This document shows, in pieces, positions 40,640 to 54,123 of a stretch of DNA of 64,000 nucleotides. The notes beneath the pieces are model-generated. The model saw only the letters and a list, made by a program, of their open reading frames with translations. It searched no databases and was not told where the DNA came from. The position numbers were made by a program, and so were the translations under genes. Within the stretch, counting starts at the first letter, position 1, and each line of letters opens with the position of its first letter. This DNA comes from Octopus bimaculoides (taxonomy: Eukaryota), in NCBI RefSeq assembly GCF_001194135.2, contig NC_069004.1:34878986-34942985 (forward strand). Reading direction: 5' to 3'.

Positions 40640-40870
40640 TTGTTAAGCACCAGGTCAACTCTGATGGAGCAGAACCAATGATCAAAAGCATTTTCGCCAT
40701 GATTCGTGCCGTATTTCCTTTTTTATTTATTTATGTTTTTTGACTGAGATAGTGTATCTAGGACTACATTATCTTACGTAGTCTTTGTTTTTTTCTTTTT
40801 GAGACGGCAGGGTTTCATTTGAGAAAGATTTGGCTGCTATTTCTCGTGCTTCCCAGTAGCTAGAACCTTG
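40640..40870 (-). repeat. Repeat family C, near full length
   Basis: (GTT)n AAGCACCAGGTCAACTCTGATGGAGCAGAACCAATGATCAAAAGC...GGACTACATTATC...GAAAGATTTGGCTGCTATTTCT. Confidence 0.72.
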
Positions 40871-40879
40871 CTCGTCTCC

Positions 40880-40931
<52 letters not shown>

Positions 40932-41879
40932 CGTCTTTGTGTGATTGCTATTTAATCCGGAGTTGGTCCTGATTGAGTAGACAATCAAAGACCTTCCAAC
41001 CGTGAGACTTTCGTTTATCTATATCAACAACTCGATTCACAGCGGACTACATTATTCAGTTTCATCCCTGTCTCCTTAAATGCGATAGTATATTCTTTAT
41101 GGGTAACTTGGCTCTATTTCTCGCATTTTGACCGACCACTTGTTGCCGTCGATGATGAAGATGGCGACGGTGGTGCTTGGTGGAGAATGGAAAGATAAAT
41201 AAACCTTAAGGATATATGAGGCCAGGGGATCACGCTCGTCGCTAAGGTGGCGCTGAAGATGGGTTAAATTTTTCTCTCCCTGTTCAGTGAAGCACACTCA
41301 GATTTACAGATACATTTATTTTGAAACTCCACTTTAGCGTTATTACAAATTAGTGTCCACCCAGAACACTTTGAAGCACCCCCAGACACCAAATACTGGA
41401 GAAGAACTTGGGCCGGGATCGTTCTGGAAACAAACAAACTGCATCTTTCTGGTACATCTCCAGAAAAAAAATATTTGGCTTAATATCAAACGAAATCGTA
41501 AAATTTATTGTCAATCTTTGAAAATATCGTTTGATTATAAAGATTTGAAGATGTCAAAAACTTTCAGACATAGCCAGTGTTTCACTTTAGTAGTCGTCAT
41601 ATACACTTAGTATACAACTGGTACAATGAAATACAAACTATTACTATTAAAAATGGTCAGCATTTCACCATTATATCTACAGGCGTAGATAGTATTTAAT
41701 TGTGCAAGCTATACTAATATTACATTGTAATAGTTGTACTGCTAATATCTCTATATTTGTAGGCAGTTTTTGAATGCATTTTGCGCTAACCACAATAATA
41801 AACGCCATTATCTGAAACAATCTGAGATGTTATGTACATCCTAGACGTATGAGCGCATGTGTGTGTGTGTGCGTGTGTA

Positions 41880-41911
<32 letters not shown>

Positions 41912-42295
41912 AACGAATTTGTCTACATGTAATTGATGGTCAATAGTCTGATGTATTTTGCATGCTATCTGTTAATCTAGACATGGATTGTTAAACCATA
42001 GAATGAATAATAATTTGGATGTAAAAATCGATGGCTATTTTGGATTATATTTGCATGCAATCTTATTGATCAAATGCGTGGTCACTATTTTAATATATTT
42101 CGCATTACCAAGAATGATTATAATCAGCAATATGTGAAAGAAACTATGCTGATATATATATATATATATATATATACATACACACACACACGAGTAGGTC
42201 TCCTTGCGATGATCGAGTTTAGTTTCGTTGTTGCTGTTGGATATGTAATTGTCGGTTAAACCCAAACGGAGAAAACGTTTTGTAGTGAAAGTAAC

Positions 42296-42366
<71 letters not shown>

Positions 42367-42804
42367 ACACAAGCAAGTTGTTTGTCATGTGTTGAAGATG
42401 TGATTCCACAATTGCTATTGCCGGTGCTGTAGCAATGATAGTTTTCACCAAATTAAGATTATGTTGTCAAAGTTACTTTTGGCATTCCTTTCTAAGCTGC
42501 CAAGCAAACAGGCAACATACAATGGCTAAGTAATTAACTACAGAAAAGCTAGTTGTTAAAGCTGTTTATTTTATTTTATTTTTTATTTCTTAAACGATAT
42601 AAATACAATTAAAGGCTACATAGTTCATTTGTCAAATATCACAACTAAAAGTGTTACACCATACGTTTTTACAAGTGAGACACGGGGCACACACGCTGTT
42701 GCAGCGCGTCGCTGCGTCCGCTATTTGTTGGTATTTGCTTGGGTTGTCCCAGAACTCCCCGAGCAGTGTCCTAATCAGCCCCCATTTCCGTGAAATGCTT
42801 CATC

Positions 42805-42990
42805 ATCCGTCGTGGCCATTTGGCATGGGATCGAGCAACACAAACCGTCACCCCAGACTGACTCTCGAAGAGAACCTATACATAGGAATATACACCAAAG
42901 CAGGACCTATCTGGGAATATCAAGCAACATGAGCAAACAGTCTGAGATGACACTCTCGAATCATGCAAGTGAGAGGACGCAACGCAGTTT
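42805..42990 (+). mobile_element. Possible highly degenerate RTE LINE 3' fragment
   Basis: SWPFG...RHPRLTLEENLYIGIYTKAGPIWEYQAT*ANSLR aligns loosely by eye with the RTE pattern W.GH..R.PK.LL...L..G.R..G....Y.D.L..SL. Weak match. Confidence 0.4.
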
Positions 42991-43310
42991 CTGAGTAGGG
43001 TTGTTGGTTGGATACAAAATCCGACATTTGGCAACCCACAATCCTGTGAAGCATCTTGGTATCAAGAGTTCAAGCGGAAAGTGTCCAAGTCTCACAAAAG
43101 TACAGAAAGACAGCGGGATAGCGGGGGTGGGGGAGAGCAGAAACTTTAAGTGGTTAAAAAATGTCAGCAGAAGGGCATCCAAAATTCATGACCTTTATGC
43201 TGCATAACCCTCGTGGAAAGCATGACCTTAAGGGTGGAAACACCTGCCTGAAGTAGGGTTGCTTCTCTGAAGAACTTAGGTAGTTCAGCTCTCTTGGCAG
43301 TTTCTTCTGA

Positions 43311-43352
<42 letters not shown>

Positions 43353-43643
43353 ATTGGGGATTCACTCCTGTTTTTCTTTTTTCCATCGTAACATCTTTCG
43401 TTAAGCGAATTTGACATGATTTTTTTTTTTTCATTTGTCTGATTGTATTGATGAATACACGCAGGTCACGTGACTGCTAGTTCGAATATCATTGTTCAGT
43501 TTCATCAATGAATGCAAGACCAGTAAATATATACAGAGAGATTTGCAAGGAAAGCTTGAAAGCAGCGATTCTCCGTGTGTGTGTGTGTGTAACCGGGCAC
43601 GGGTTCCTGAGTGCGTATATATATGTATATATATTCCTTGCTC

Positions 43644-43700
<57 letters not shown>

Positions 43701-44071
43701 CACCCACACTGCTGTTTTTGTGGGGATTGTTGTGCAAACATGAACAAAAGCACATTTTACGCTTTAGCTATTCCGTTCTTTGTACACACCCCTTTGTTTT
43801 CATGTTATCTTAATTTATGGATTTTTCTCTTTTTTTTCTGTTGAATTCTTTATTTTATTATATTTCGATTTTCTTTGTTTTTTTTTTCCTTTTATTTCTA
43901 TATATTTTCACCCGTTAAGTTTTCTCTTTAATAACAAAAAACTTTCCACATATCCCTTCTATCAACCTTTCTCTTTACGTCTATCTATCTATGCAGCACT
44001 CTCTCTCTCTCTCTCACTTTTCTGTCCGTGTATGTATATCCATCTCGTTATATTTATCTATCAATATATCT

Positions 44072-44107
<36 letters not shown>

Positions 44108-45207
44108 TTTCTATCAATCACCTGTGTCTAAATTTGCTCTTGTTTCTCTCTTCTTGCTCTCACAAACGCACATTTATACATACATTATATACATATATAC
44201 ATACATATATATATATATATATANNNNNNNNNNNNNNNNNNNNNNNNNNNNNNNNNNNNNNNNNNNNNNNNNNNNNNNNNNNNNNNNNNNNNNNNNNNNN
44301 NNNNNNNNNNNNNNNNNNNNNNNNNNNNNNNNNNNNNNNNNNNNNNNNNNNNNNNNNNNNNNNNNNNNNNNNNNNNNNNNNNNNNNNNNNNNNNNNNNNN
44401 NNNNNNNNNNNNNNNNNNNNNNNNNNNNNNNNNNNNNNNNNNNNNNNNNNNNNNNNNNNNNNNNNNNNNNNNNNNNNNNNNNNNNNNNNNNNNNNNNNNN
44501 NNNNNNNNNNNNNNNNNNNNNNNNNNNNNNNNNNNNNNNNNNNNNNNNNNNNNNNNNNNNNNNNNNNNNNNNNNNNNNNNNNNNNNNNNNNNNNNNNNNN
44601 NNNNNNNNNNNNNNNNNNNNNNNNNNNNNNNNNNNNNNNNNNNNNNNNNNNNNNNNNNNNNNNNNNNNNNNNNNNNNNNNNNNNNNNNNNNNNNNNNNNN
44701 NNNNNNNNNNNNNNNNNNNNNNNNNNNNNNNNNNNNNNNNNNNNNNNNNNNNNNNNNNNNNNNNNNNNNNNNNNNNNNNNNNNNNNNNNNNNNNNNNNNN
44801 NNNNNNNNNNNNNNNNNNNNNNNNNNNNNNNNNNNNNNNNNNNNNNNNNNNNNNNNNNNNNNNNNNNNNNNNNNNNNNNNNNNNNNNNNNNNNNNNNNNN
44901 NNNNNNNNNNNNNNNNNNNNNNNNNNNNNNNNNNNNNNNNNNNNNNNNNNNNNNNNNNNNNNNNNNNNNNNNNNNNNNNNNNNNNNNNNNNNNNNNNNNN
45001 NNNNNNNNNNNNNNNNNNNNNNNNNNNNNNNNNNNNNNNNNNNNNNNNNNNNNNNNNNNNNNNNNNNNNNNNNNNNNNNNNNNNNNNNNNNNNNNNNNNN
45101 NNNNNNNNNNNNNNNNNNNNNNNNNATATATATATATATAAATAAGACCACTGGGCGGACTGTTAATGTGCTAGAAGAAGATCACATGTAATGTGTCTAC
45201 TAAGACC

Positions 45208-45984
45208 TAATAGTTCTCAAATGAAATTCAGCGAAATACCAAACCGTATTTCGGGCAAGACAATGAAAATTACATAAATAAAAGTTTCGAAATTAATATT
45301 CTCTTACCGAAAATATCTGTTTCTCTTCAGCGCGAACTGTAAAGAAGGTATAATCCTCAGAATCCTATAGAAGTTGTTCACTCCAAGTGGCAAACGTGCA
45401 TACGGTTCTGCTAATTACAACTTAATGGTAAAATTCAAAAGTCCTCGTTTTGGCGCGCTAATTCCAGAAATATCTCTGCAGAAAATGGTTACTGCGTCGC
45501 ACATATCCACTTTGAGAACTTGGTTATGGTTAATCAAATTAATTACCAGGAAGCAAGCACATTAAAAGAATCAGAGAGATTCAGAAAAGAATAAATAAAT
45601 CTATATTAATTAATATCTAATTTTTTACCCTAATGTTTTAATTTAATTAACCATAACCAAGTTCTCAAAGTGGATATATGCCACGCAGTAACCATTTGCT
45701 GGAGAGATATTTCCGGAATTGGCGCGCCAAAACGAGGACTTTTGAATTTTACCATTAAGTTGTAATTAGCAGATCGATATGCACGTTCGCCACTAGGGGT
45801 GAACAACTTGTATAGGATTCTGAGGATCATACCTTCTTTACAGTTCGTGCTGATGAGACAGATATTTTCGGTAAGAGAATATTAATTTCGAAACTTTTAT
45901 TTATGTAATTTTTATTTACGTAATTTTCACTGTCTTGCTCGCATACGGTTTGGTAGTTCGCTGAATTTCAGTTGAGAATTATTA
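45208..45984. mobile_element. Foldback / long-TIR non-autonomous DNA element
   Basis: Left arm 45208-45541 and right arm 45639-45984 are inverted copies. I counted 14 mismatches in a 183-bp block. The arms are separated by an AT-rich ~97-bp spacer. The ORF track shows near-identical peptides at 45374-45565 (+) and 45630-45830 (-). Confidence 0.85.
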
Positions 45985-46098
45985 TTTGAGCCGCTGTTGT
46001 GAACTTGGATCCCAGTAGCTTATGAATTGGAGCGCTCATTCAGAGTGTAATTAGTTTAGATCACCAGTGGCCTAAACACTACTTAATCTCTTTCTCTC

Positions 46099-46395
<297 letters not shown>

Positions 46396-46937
46396 GCTAC
46401 GTATATATATTTCATACGTACATACATACATACATACATTATATATATATATATATATATATAAACAAACACACATACACCCGTGCGTTCATGCGGGGTC
46501 AACCAAATTCAATTCAAAATGTACTCAATACCTAAAATTCAGAGCCATAAGATGGTCAACGTTTAATAGATTGTTTGTTCCTAATTGTTTCTGTTTGTTT
46601 TTCTCTCCCACGTGATTAATAATCATATATTCGCCCAGAACTTCTTCAATAACGTATCTCTTTGATAATCGTCTTTGAAATGAAGCCTGATAGCCTTGTG
46701 TAAGGGCGTAAGCCATTAAATTACACGCACGCACACACACGCACGCACACGCACACACACACACACACACACACGTTTACAGATATCATTATGCACTCAA
46801 AATATATGTAAATACATATCTGTATATAAGAGGTATGTACATCCTCTCTCATTCTCTCTCACTGTGTATGTATATATATATATATATATACACACATGCA
46901 TACATACATACGTAGGGGAGAGGGTATGTTTGTATTT

Positions 46938-46974
<37 letters not shown>

Positions 46975-47306
46975 GTGCGGGGGGGGGGACAACTAAGGAA
47001 CGAAGTAGCTAAAGAGCTGAGTGGTTGAATGGTTGAAGTATTTCATTGGTTTTCACAGACAAAAGATTCACCGTGAATTGTTTTCGTAACGCTAATTAGA
47101 GTTGGAAAGCGTGTCTAATTGAACAACAACGACAATAACAACAACAACAATAAGAAAGAGAGGAAAACCAAACTCTAACAACATCAACAACAACAACACT
47201 GTGCCTCTCAGAGCCGCCATCATCGTTAGCCTCACGAAAAACAACAACAAAGGAGTCTACAAACAACATTGGAAGTTTAACTACTTAAATGCTACGACTA
47301 CTATAC

Positions 47307-47348
<42 letters not shown>

Positions 47349-48489
47349 CTGTAGCATCGGGAACAACAACAGCTTCAAACAAGATAAATCAACAACAACC
47401 ACAACAAGAACGACAACAACAAAACAATGGGAAAAACAATGAAAAATTTTGAAAACAGAAAACGAAACCTAACCCCGCCTTAACATCCGACATTGTGTGA
47501 GTGGACTAACAACAACAACAACAGCAGTCATAATAACAACAACAACGCCATAACGATCACAAGATAGGAATTTCACAGGCATTAAAGACAAGCACAATAC
47601 CACCACAAACGACATCATCATCGTTATCACAATCTATTCCCTCATCACCATCGTCGTCGTCATGAGCACCGTCACCATAGCCACAACCAGCCTCCTACTT
47701 CTTATTCTGTATATAATCAGTCATCATCATCGCCATCATCATCACCGTCACCCAGGGCACCTCATCATCTACACACAAAAGATCCTTTTTCTACATTTTC
47801 AGTCATTACACCGCGGCCATACTGGGGCACCCAACGATCTTGTACTTAATGCAATAGTAATTTAGTCGAACCCATAATAGAATGGTTAAGTTCATTTAGG
47901 CTTTGATGTGCAGACGTTTACGGCCGTAAATTATATATTTATTGCGACGCGCCGATTTACAGCGGTGTCAAAAGAAAGGAACACACACACGCATACACAC
48001 GCACGCACGCGTGTGTACGTGTCTGTGCCAACATGCACATATATGTGCGTATGTATGTATATTGACGAGAGCGTGAGAGATATTTAATGCAGAACTGAGA
48101 TATTTGTGAATCGGTGATCGACGTTTCACGTTTCCGATATCTCAGACAACTGGTTATAAAACACAGTAACAACAAATTAGCGTAGACTGACAATCTTTGA
48201 CCCAGTCACCTATAAATCACAATTTTATTACAACTTGTCGCCTACGGCTCGGGATTTTGCTACTGTTTATCGTGTGTACGGGCGCATGCGTGTATTTATG
48301 TATGTGTTTGCGTGCAGGATCAATGGCCAGTCATCTTCGGGGGGAATCTTTCAATGTTGAGATTTTGTCCCCTTCCCAAGTGGAGCTGGTCTTTCATAAT
48401 TTTGATACTTCCTCTTGATGAGATGGAGATAATCTTAACAAATGAAGAATTTTTGATGCATGGTATTTAATATAAATTTATATAACAAT

Positions 48490-48870
48490 TTGACTGCGGC
48501 CATACTGGAGCACAGCTTTGAGGGGTTTAGTCGAACAATTTTAATTAGTACGTATTTCTTTATTAATTAGTATCTTTTAATTATCACGTATTTCTGGTAT
48601 GTATTATATCGGTCTCTTTAGCCGAATTGCTAAATTACGAGGATGGTAACAAACCAACCCGTTTGTCACGTGATGATGCAGAAGGAACACAAATACACCC
48701 ACACTTATACGACGGGCTTCAATACAGTTTCCGTCAGCCAAATTCAATCGCAATGGAAAATATGGCCCGGAACTATAGAAGAATACACTTGCCCCAGAAA
48801 CAGCGCCGCCTTGGGACTGAACCATGGACCCCGAAACATCGTGGTTGGAATGTGAGCTTCTTAACCACAT
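48490..48870 (-). mobile_element. SINE family B, degenerate
   Basis: TTTGACTGCGGCCATACTGGAGCAC...GGTCTCTTTAGCCGAATTGCTAA...GACGGGCTTCAATACAGTTTCCGTC...GGGACTGAACC. Confidence 0.75.
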
Positions 48871-49212
48871 AATAACCAAGCCTTGACAGATAGAATAATA
48901 GACTTCGACAGGAATAACCAGCATTTTATCGCTGCGCGAATATCAGATGCTCTTATCACTGAATGGCATTAATTACAGATACGTGTGTATGTGTGTGCGT
49001 GATAGCGTAATTGCTCTGTGTGTTTGTGTCATTCTATCCACACTCTCACAAACCGCGTATGGCGGTTAAAACGAGGCATAAATTTCTGTGTCCACGCTGC
49101 GTATATACGTTATGTTCTTTAGTCATGTTTTAGTTCGGAAGCAAACTCATATTCATACAACCAGGATTTTTAGAGATTCTGGTCATCATCATCATCATCG
49201 TCATTATTGTTA

Positions 49213-50000
49213 ATGCGCCGAGCTGGCAGAACCGTTAGCACACCGGAGCGAAATGCCTAGCGGTATTTCGTCTGTCGCTACATTCTGAGATCAAATTCCA
49301 CCGAGGTCGACTTTGCCCTTCATCTTTTCGGGGTCGATAAATTAAGTACCAGTGAAACACTGGGGGTCGATGTAATCGATTATCCCCCGCCCCCACATTT
49401 CAGGCCTTGTGCCTATAATAGAAAGGATTATTATTATTATTATTATCATTAAGTTGACGAGCAGGCAGAATCGTTATCACGCCGGACAAAATGCTTAGCT
49501 GTGTTTCGTTCGCCTTTATGTTCTGAGTTTAAATTCTGCCATCCGTTTTNNNNNNNNNNNNNNNNNNNNNNNNNNNNNNNNNNNNNNNNNNNNNNNNNNN
49601 NNNNNNNNNNNNNNNNNNNNNNNNNNNNNNNNNNNNNNNNNNTGAGTTCAAATTCCGCTGAGGTCGTCTTTGTCTTCCATCCTTTCGGGGTCGATAAATT
49701 AAGGACCAGTTGAGTGATGCGATCGGTGTAATCTCCCCGCCCCCACATTTCAGGCCTTGTGCCTATAATAGAAAGGATTATTATTATTATTATTATCATT
49801 AAGTTGACGAGCAGGCAGAATCGTTATCACGCCGGACAAAATGCTTAGCTGTGTTTCGTTCGCCTTTATGTTCTGAGTTTAAATTCTGCCATCCGTTTTC
49901 CCGAGGTCGGTAAAATAAGTACCAATTGAGCATTGGGGTCGATGTAAACGAATTTCCGACTCCCTCCAATATCGCTGGCTTTATGCCTATAGTCGAATTT
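49213..50000 (+). mobile_element. Tandem array of SINE family A copies spanning a gap
   Basis: Successive heads (GAGCTGGCAGAACCG at about 49220; GAGCAGGCAGAATCG at about 49459 and 49809), each following the (ATT)n tail of the previous copy. Confidence 0.85.
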
Positions 50001-50046
50001 AATATTATTATTATTAATCATTATTATTAGTATAATTGTTCTTACG

Positions 50047-50338
50047 TGCACCTTAGCGAAGGCGGAAGTATTGCTTTAGTCGTGTTTGTTTGTCCGAGGG
50101 GAAGATATCTCAAGAACCGCTGGATGGATTCGGATGAAACTTCCAGGGATGTTTGGCCTCATGATTGGCACGAGCTGATTAGATTTTAGGATCGATCCGG
50201 TACCGGGCAAGAATTCTGGATTATTTTTCATGTCTTCTTTAATTTTCAGAGCGGTCTGATTCATTTTTAGTATTCTCATTTATGAGAGCAGTCGAGTTTA
50301 TTTCAGATATTCTCATTTTAAAAATCATCTCTGGCTAA
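50047..50338 (+). mobile_element. Helentron-associated / DINE-like non-autonomous element (truncated)
   Basis: CCTTAGCGAAGGCGGAAGTATTGC..GTGTTTGTTTGT..GATATCTCAAGAACCGCTGGATGGATTCGGATGAAACTT...GATTAGATTTTAGGATCGATCCGG matches the usual motif order of these elements (subterminal IR, GTTT repeat, GATATCTC..GGAT..TGAAACTT core). The 3' hairpin end is not seen. Confidence 0.55.
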
Positions 50339-50632
50339 TCGATAAATTAAGTACCAGTGAAGTACTGGTGTCGATGTAATCGACTATTCACATCGCCTCA
50401 ATTTCCAGGCCTTGTGCCTAGAGCTGAAAGGATTATTATCATTATTATTATTATTATTAATTCTCGTAGTAGTAGCAGTAGTGGTCGTTTTGGTGGTATC
50501 TTTTATTAGTTTCCTTATCATTATCCAGATTTCCATGTCTTTTCTTGCTTTTTTTAATTGTTGTTGTTCTTGAAGGAAGAGGAGGAGGAGAAGAGAAAAA
50601 GCTTCTCAATTTCAATGATTTATACCTTCCTG

Positions 50633-50674
<42 letters not shown>

Positions 50675-51431
50675 GAGACGGAGGACGAGGGGAGGGAAGT
50701 ATGTTTGAAGCATGTAGCCTTTGTCAAAGTAATCGCATCTATATCTATACATACGTNNNNNNNNNNNNNNNNNNNNNNNNNNNNNNNNNNNNNNNNNNNN
50801 NNNNNNNNNNNNNNNNNNNNNNNNNNNNNNNNNNNNNNNNNNNNNNNNNNNNNNNNNNNNNNNNNNNNNNNNNNNNNNNNNNNNNNNNNNNNNNNNNNNN
50901 NNNNNNNNNNNNNNNNNNNNNNNNNNNNNNNNNNNNNNNNNNNNNNNNNNNNNNNNNNNNNNNNNNNNNNNNNNNNNNNNNNNNNNNNNNNNNNNNNNNN
51001 NNNNNNNNNNNNNNNNNNNNNNNNNNNNNNNNNNNNNNNNNNNNNNNNNNNNNNNNNNNNNNNNNNNNNNNNNNNNNNNNNNNNNNNNNNNNNNNNNNNN
51101 NNNNNNNNNNNNNNNNNNNNNNNNNNNNNNNNNNNNNNNNNNNNNNNNNNNNNNNNNNNNNNNNNNNNNNNNNNNNNNNNNNNNNNNNNNNNNNNNNNNN
51201 NNNNNNNNNNNNNNNNNNNNNNNNNNNNNNNNNNNNNNNNNNNNNNNNNNNNNNNNNNNNNNNNNNNNNNNNNNNNNNNNNNNNNNNNNNNNNNNNNNNN
51301 NNNNNNNNNNNNNNNNNNNNNNNNNNNNNNNNNNNNNNNNNNNNNNNNNNNNNNNNNNNNNNNNNNNNNNNNNNNNNNNNNNNNNNNNNNNNNNNNNNNN
51401 NNNNNNNNNNNNNNNNNNNNNNNNNNNNNNN

Positions 51432-51497
<66 letters not shown>

Positions 51498-51957
51498 AGA
51501 CGACCCGTTTTATCTCGCCATAAATTATTCGAGGAATTTTTACTTGCAAAATCTTTAACTTATTAAAGATGCCACACATCGAAATAAAAGAGAGAAAGAA
51601 CTAAACCGAATCAGACATCGGTTAGTCTTGTAATGTTCTGACAGGGAGCGGGGTGGCATCACAGTGTGGTAGTGGGGGTGGGTGACGATGATGATGACGA
51701 TGATGTGGTGTACAGAGATGTAGGGGTGGATTAAGTCAGCTTGCTTACCCAGCAGGTCTCCTGGTTAAATTCTATCAGAAATAATATGAAAGGATATCTA
51801 AACAAACTACATACATGTACAGACGTGTGTTTGCATGTGTCTATGTATGTATGTGTGTGTGTGTGTGTGTTTTTTTGTACGTATGTATATATATATATAT
51901 ATACATACGTATATACATGCAAACAGACACATACAGAGAAATTTTTCTTGTGCTTGC

Positions 51958-52008
<51 letters not shown>

Positions 52009-52151
52009 TAAATAGACACGTGCGTTCGCACACACATATATAAATATATATATAAGCATATATATGCGCACATATACATACATTCTATTTATATATGTGT
52101 ATGTATCATATATATATATATATATGATAAACACAGACACACACACGTATA

Positions 52152-52190
<39 letters not shown>

Positions 52191-52291
52191 GAATATATGT
52201 GCATAAATGTGTGTGCATATATACACACGCACATACACATACATTTATATGCATAGCCACACACATGCACACATTCTTACTTCCCATGTAG

Positions 52292-52597
52292 CCAATCAGT
52301 GCCTATGGTGTGGTGGGTGGTAAGGGTGGTGGTAGATGGAACAGGAATTTCAACTGAGAACTCGCAAGAAGAAAAGACTGCGATGGGTGGCAAAGATAAC
52401 GCTGATATGTTTCCATATATTTTATTTATGTGGAAATCGAGACGAACTGGAAACAAACACAGCAAAACAAGAACAAAAATCTCGCTTGAGCTAAAGACAA
52501 AGCGCTACGAACGCCACCTCTTCCACCACCAGATACCCACAGAATCCACCCCTATGTTTATTGCCACTATCAAATACCCCCAGATCGAGCTAATTAG
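52292..52597 (+). other. Candidate 306-nt internal exon (unverified)
   Basis: Acceptor TTCTTACTTCCCATGTAG| and donor TAG|GTAAGA. Length is divisible by 3 and one frame is open throughout; its stop lies inside the donor (G-TAA). No recognisable homology. Confidence 0.25.
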
Positions 52598-52944
52598 GTA
52601 AGATCCCTAACTGAGAATATGCTTGTTTTATCTTTTGTTGTATCACAATCAAGATATAAGCTCCATTTATACATCGACAGAAAACAATGCACGCTGGGTA
52701 CGAAAGTGCATCTATGTATATATGGGTACACGCACACACACACACACACACGCGTGTGTGTGTGAAAGAGAGTGTGTGTATCGTCATAATCATGTCTAAC
52801 ATTTCAAAGGCTCGCAGGGACGTGATTCCAGTTTCCGTATACTTCTAGGCGTCACCGTGTCATATATGTCTTCTGCTTCTTAAAACCTAATGCTGACTAA
52901 AGCATTTTCAGTTTACATCCTATATATATATGTATATATATATA

Positions 52945-52975
<31 letters not shown>

Positions 52976-53244
52976 NNNNNNNNNNNNNNNNNNNNNNNNN
53001 NNNNNNNNNNNNNNNNNNNNNNNNNNNNNNNNNNNNNNNNNNNNNNNNNNNNNNNNNNNNNNNNNNNNNNNNNNNNNNNNNNNNNNNNNNNNNNNNNNNN
53101 NNNNNNNNNNNNNNNNNNNNNNNNNNNNNNNNNNNNNNNNNNNNNNNNNNNNNNNNNNNNNNNNNNNNNNNNNNNNNNNNNNNNNNNNNNNNNNNNNNNN
53201 NNNNNNNNNNNNNNNNNNNNNNNNNNNNNNNNNNNNNNNNNNNN

Positions 53245-53276
53245 TGGTAGACGGAAACTGAAAGAAACCCGTCGTA

Positions 53277-53343
<67 letters not shown>

Positions 53344-53490
53344 GTGTAGAGGGGGCATCACTGTTTGACAACTGGTGTTGATATATTTACGTCCCAGTAA
53401 ACTAGCGGTTCGACAAACGAGACTGATAGAGTAAAATCCTTCAAGCCGTTGCTCCATGCTGGCCGCAGTAAGATGAAAGAAATATACTGC
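53245..53490 (+). mobile_element. SINE family B (5' end lost in gap)
   Basis: TGGTAGACGGAAACTGAAAGAAACCCGTCGT (GT/AT)n TTTGACAACTGGTGTTG...GCTCCATGCTGGCCGCAGT. Confidence 0.85.
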
Positions 53491-53869
53491 GTTTCGACTT
53501 GCTTGGGTTGTGCCACAGGCCAAATATTCCACCCTAGACCTACTAAGTCAAAATGCCAGGTGTAATAGCCTTCTAATTACAGGTATAAAGCTCAAACTTC
53601 CAGGTACCAACAGCGTTTAGAGAATCAAGTTTATTTGAATCAAGTAAAATGGAAATGAAATCCTCATTCTTGCAATGGTAAAAATTCGTAGACATTTAGT
53701 CTGGAATATCTTTTTCTGTTTTGAAAGAAAGGTAAATTGATGATGGTTTCACAAAAGTCTGCAGAGACAGACACATATACACAAGCATGCATTCATTTAC
53801 TTAAATATATGCATTTATAGTTAATGTATATACACACGCACAAATGTACAAACATTTAAAATTTATATA

Positions 53870-53888
53870 TACATATATATATATATAT

Positions 53889-53919
<31 letters not shown>

Positions 53920-53974
53920 TACATACATATATATATACATATATACATATATACATATATATATATATACATAT

Positions 53975-54007
<33 letters not shown>

Positions 54008-54070
54008 TACATATATATATACATATATACATACATATATATATACATATATACATACATATATATATAC

Positions 54071-54123
<53 letters not shown>

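Noticed and set aside
49213-50000. CRISPR-like repeat/spacer array
   Set aside because: The units are ~200-bp SINE copies in a eukaryotic context; there are no short repeats with unique spacers and no cas genes.
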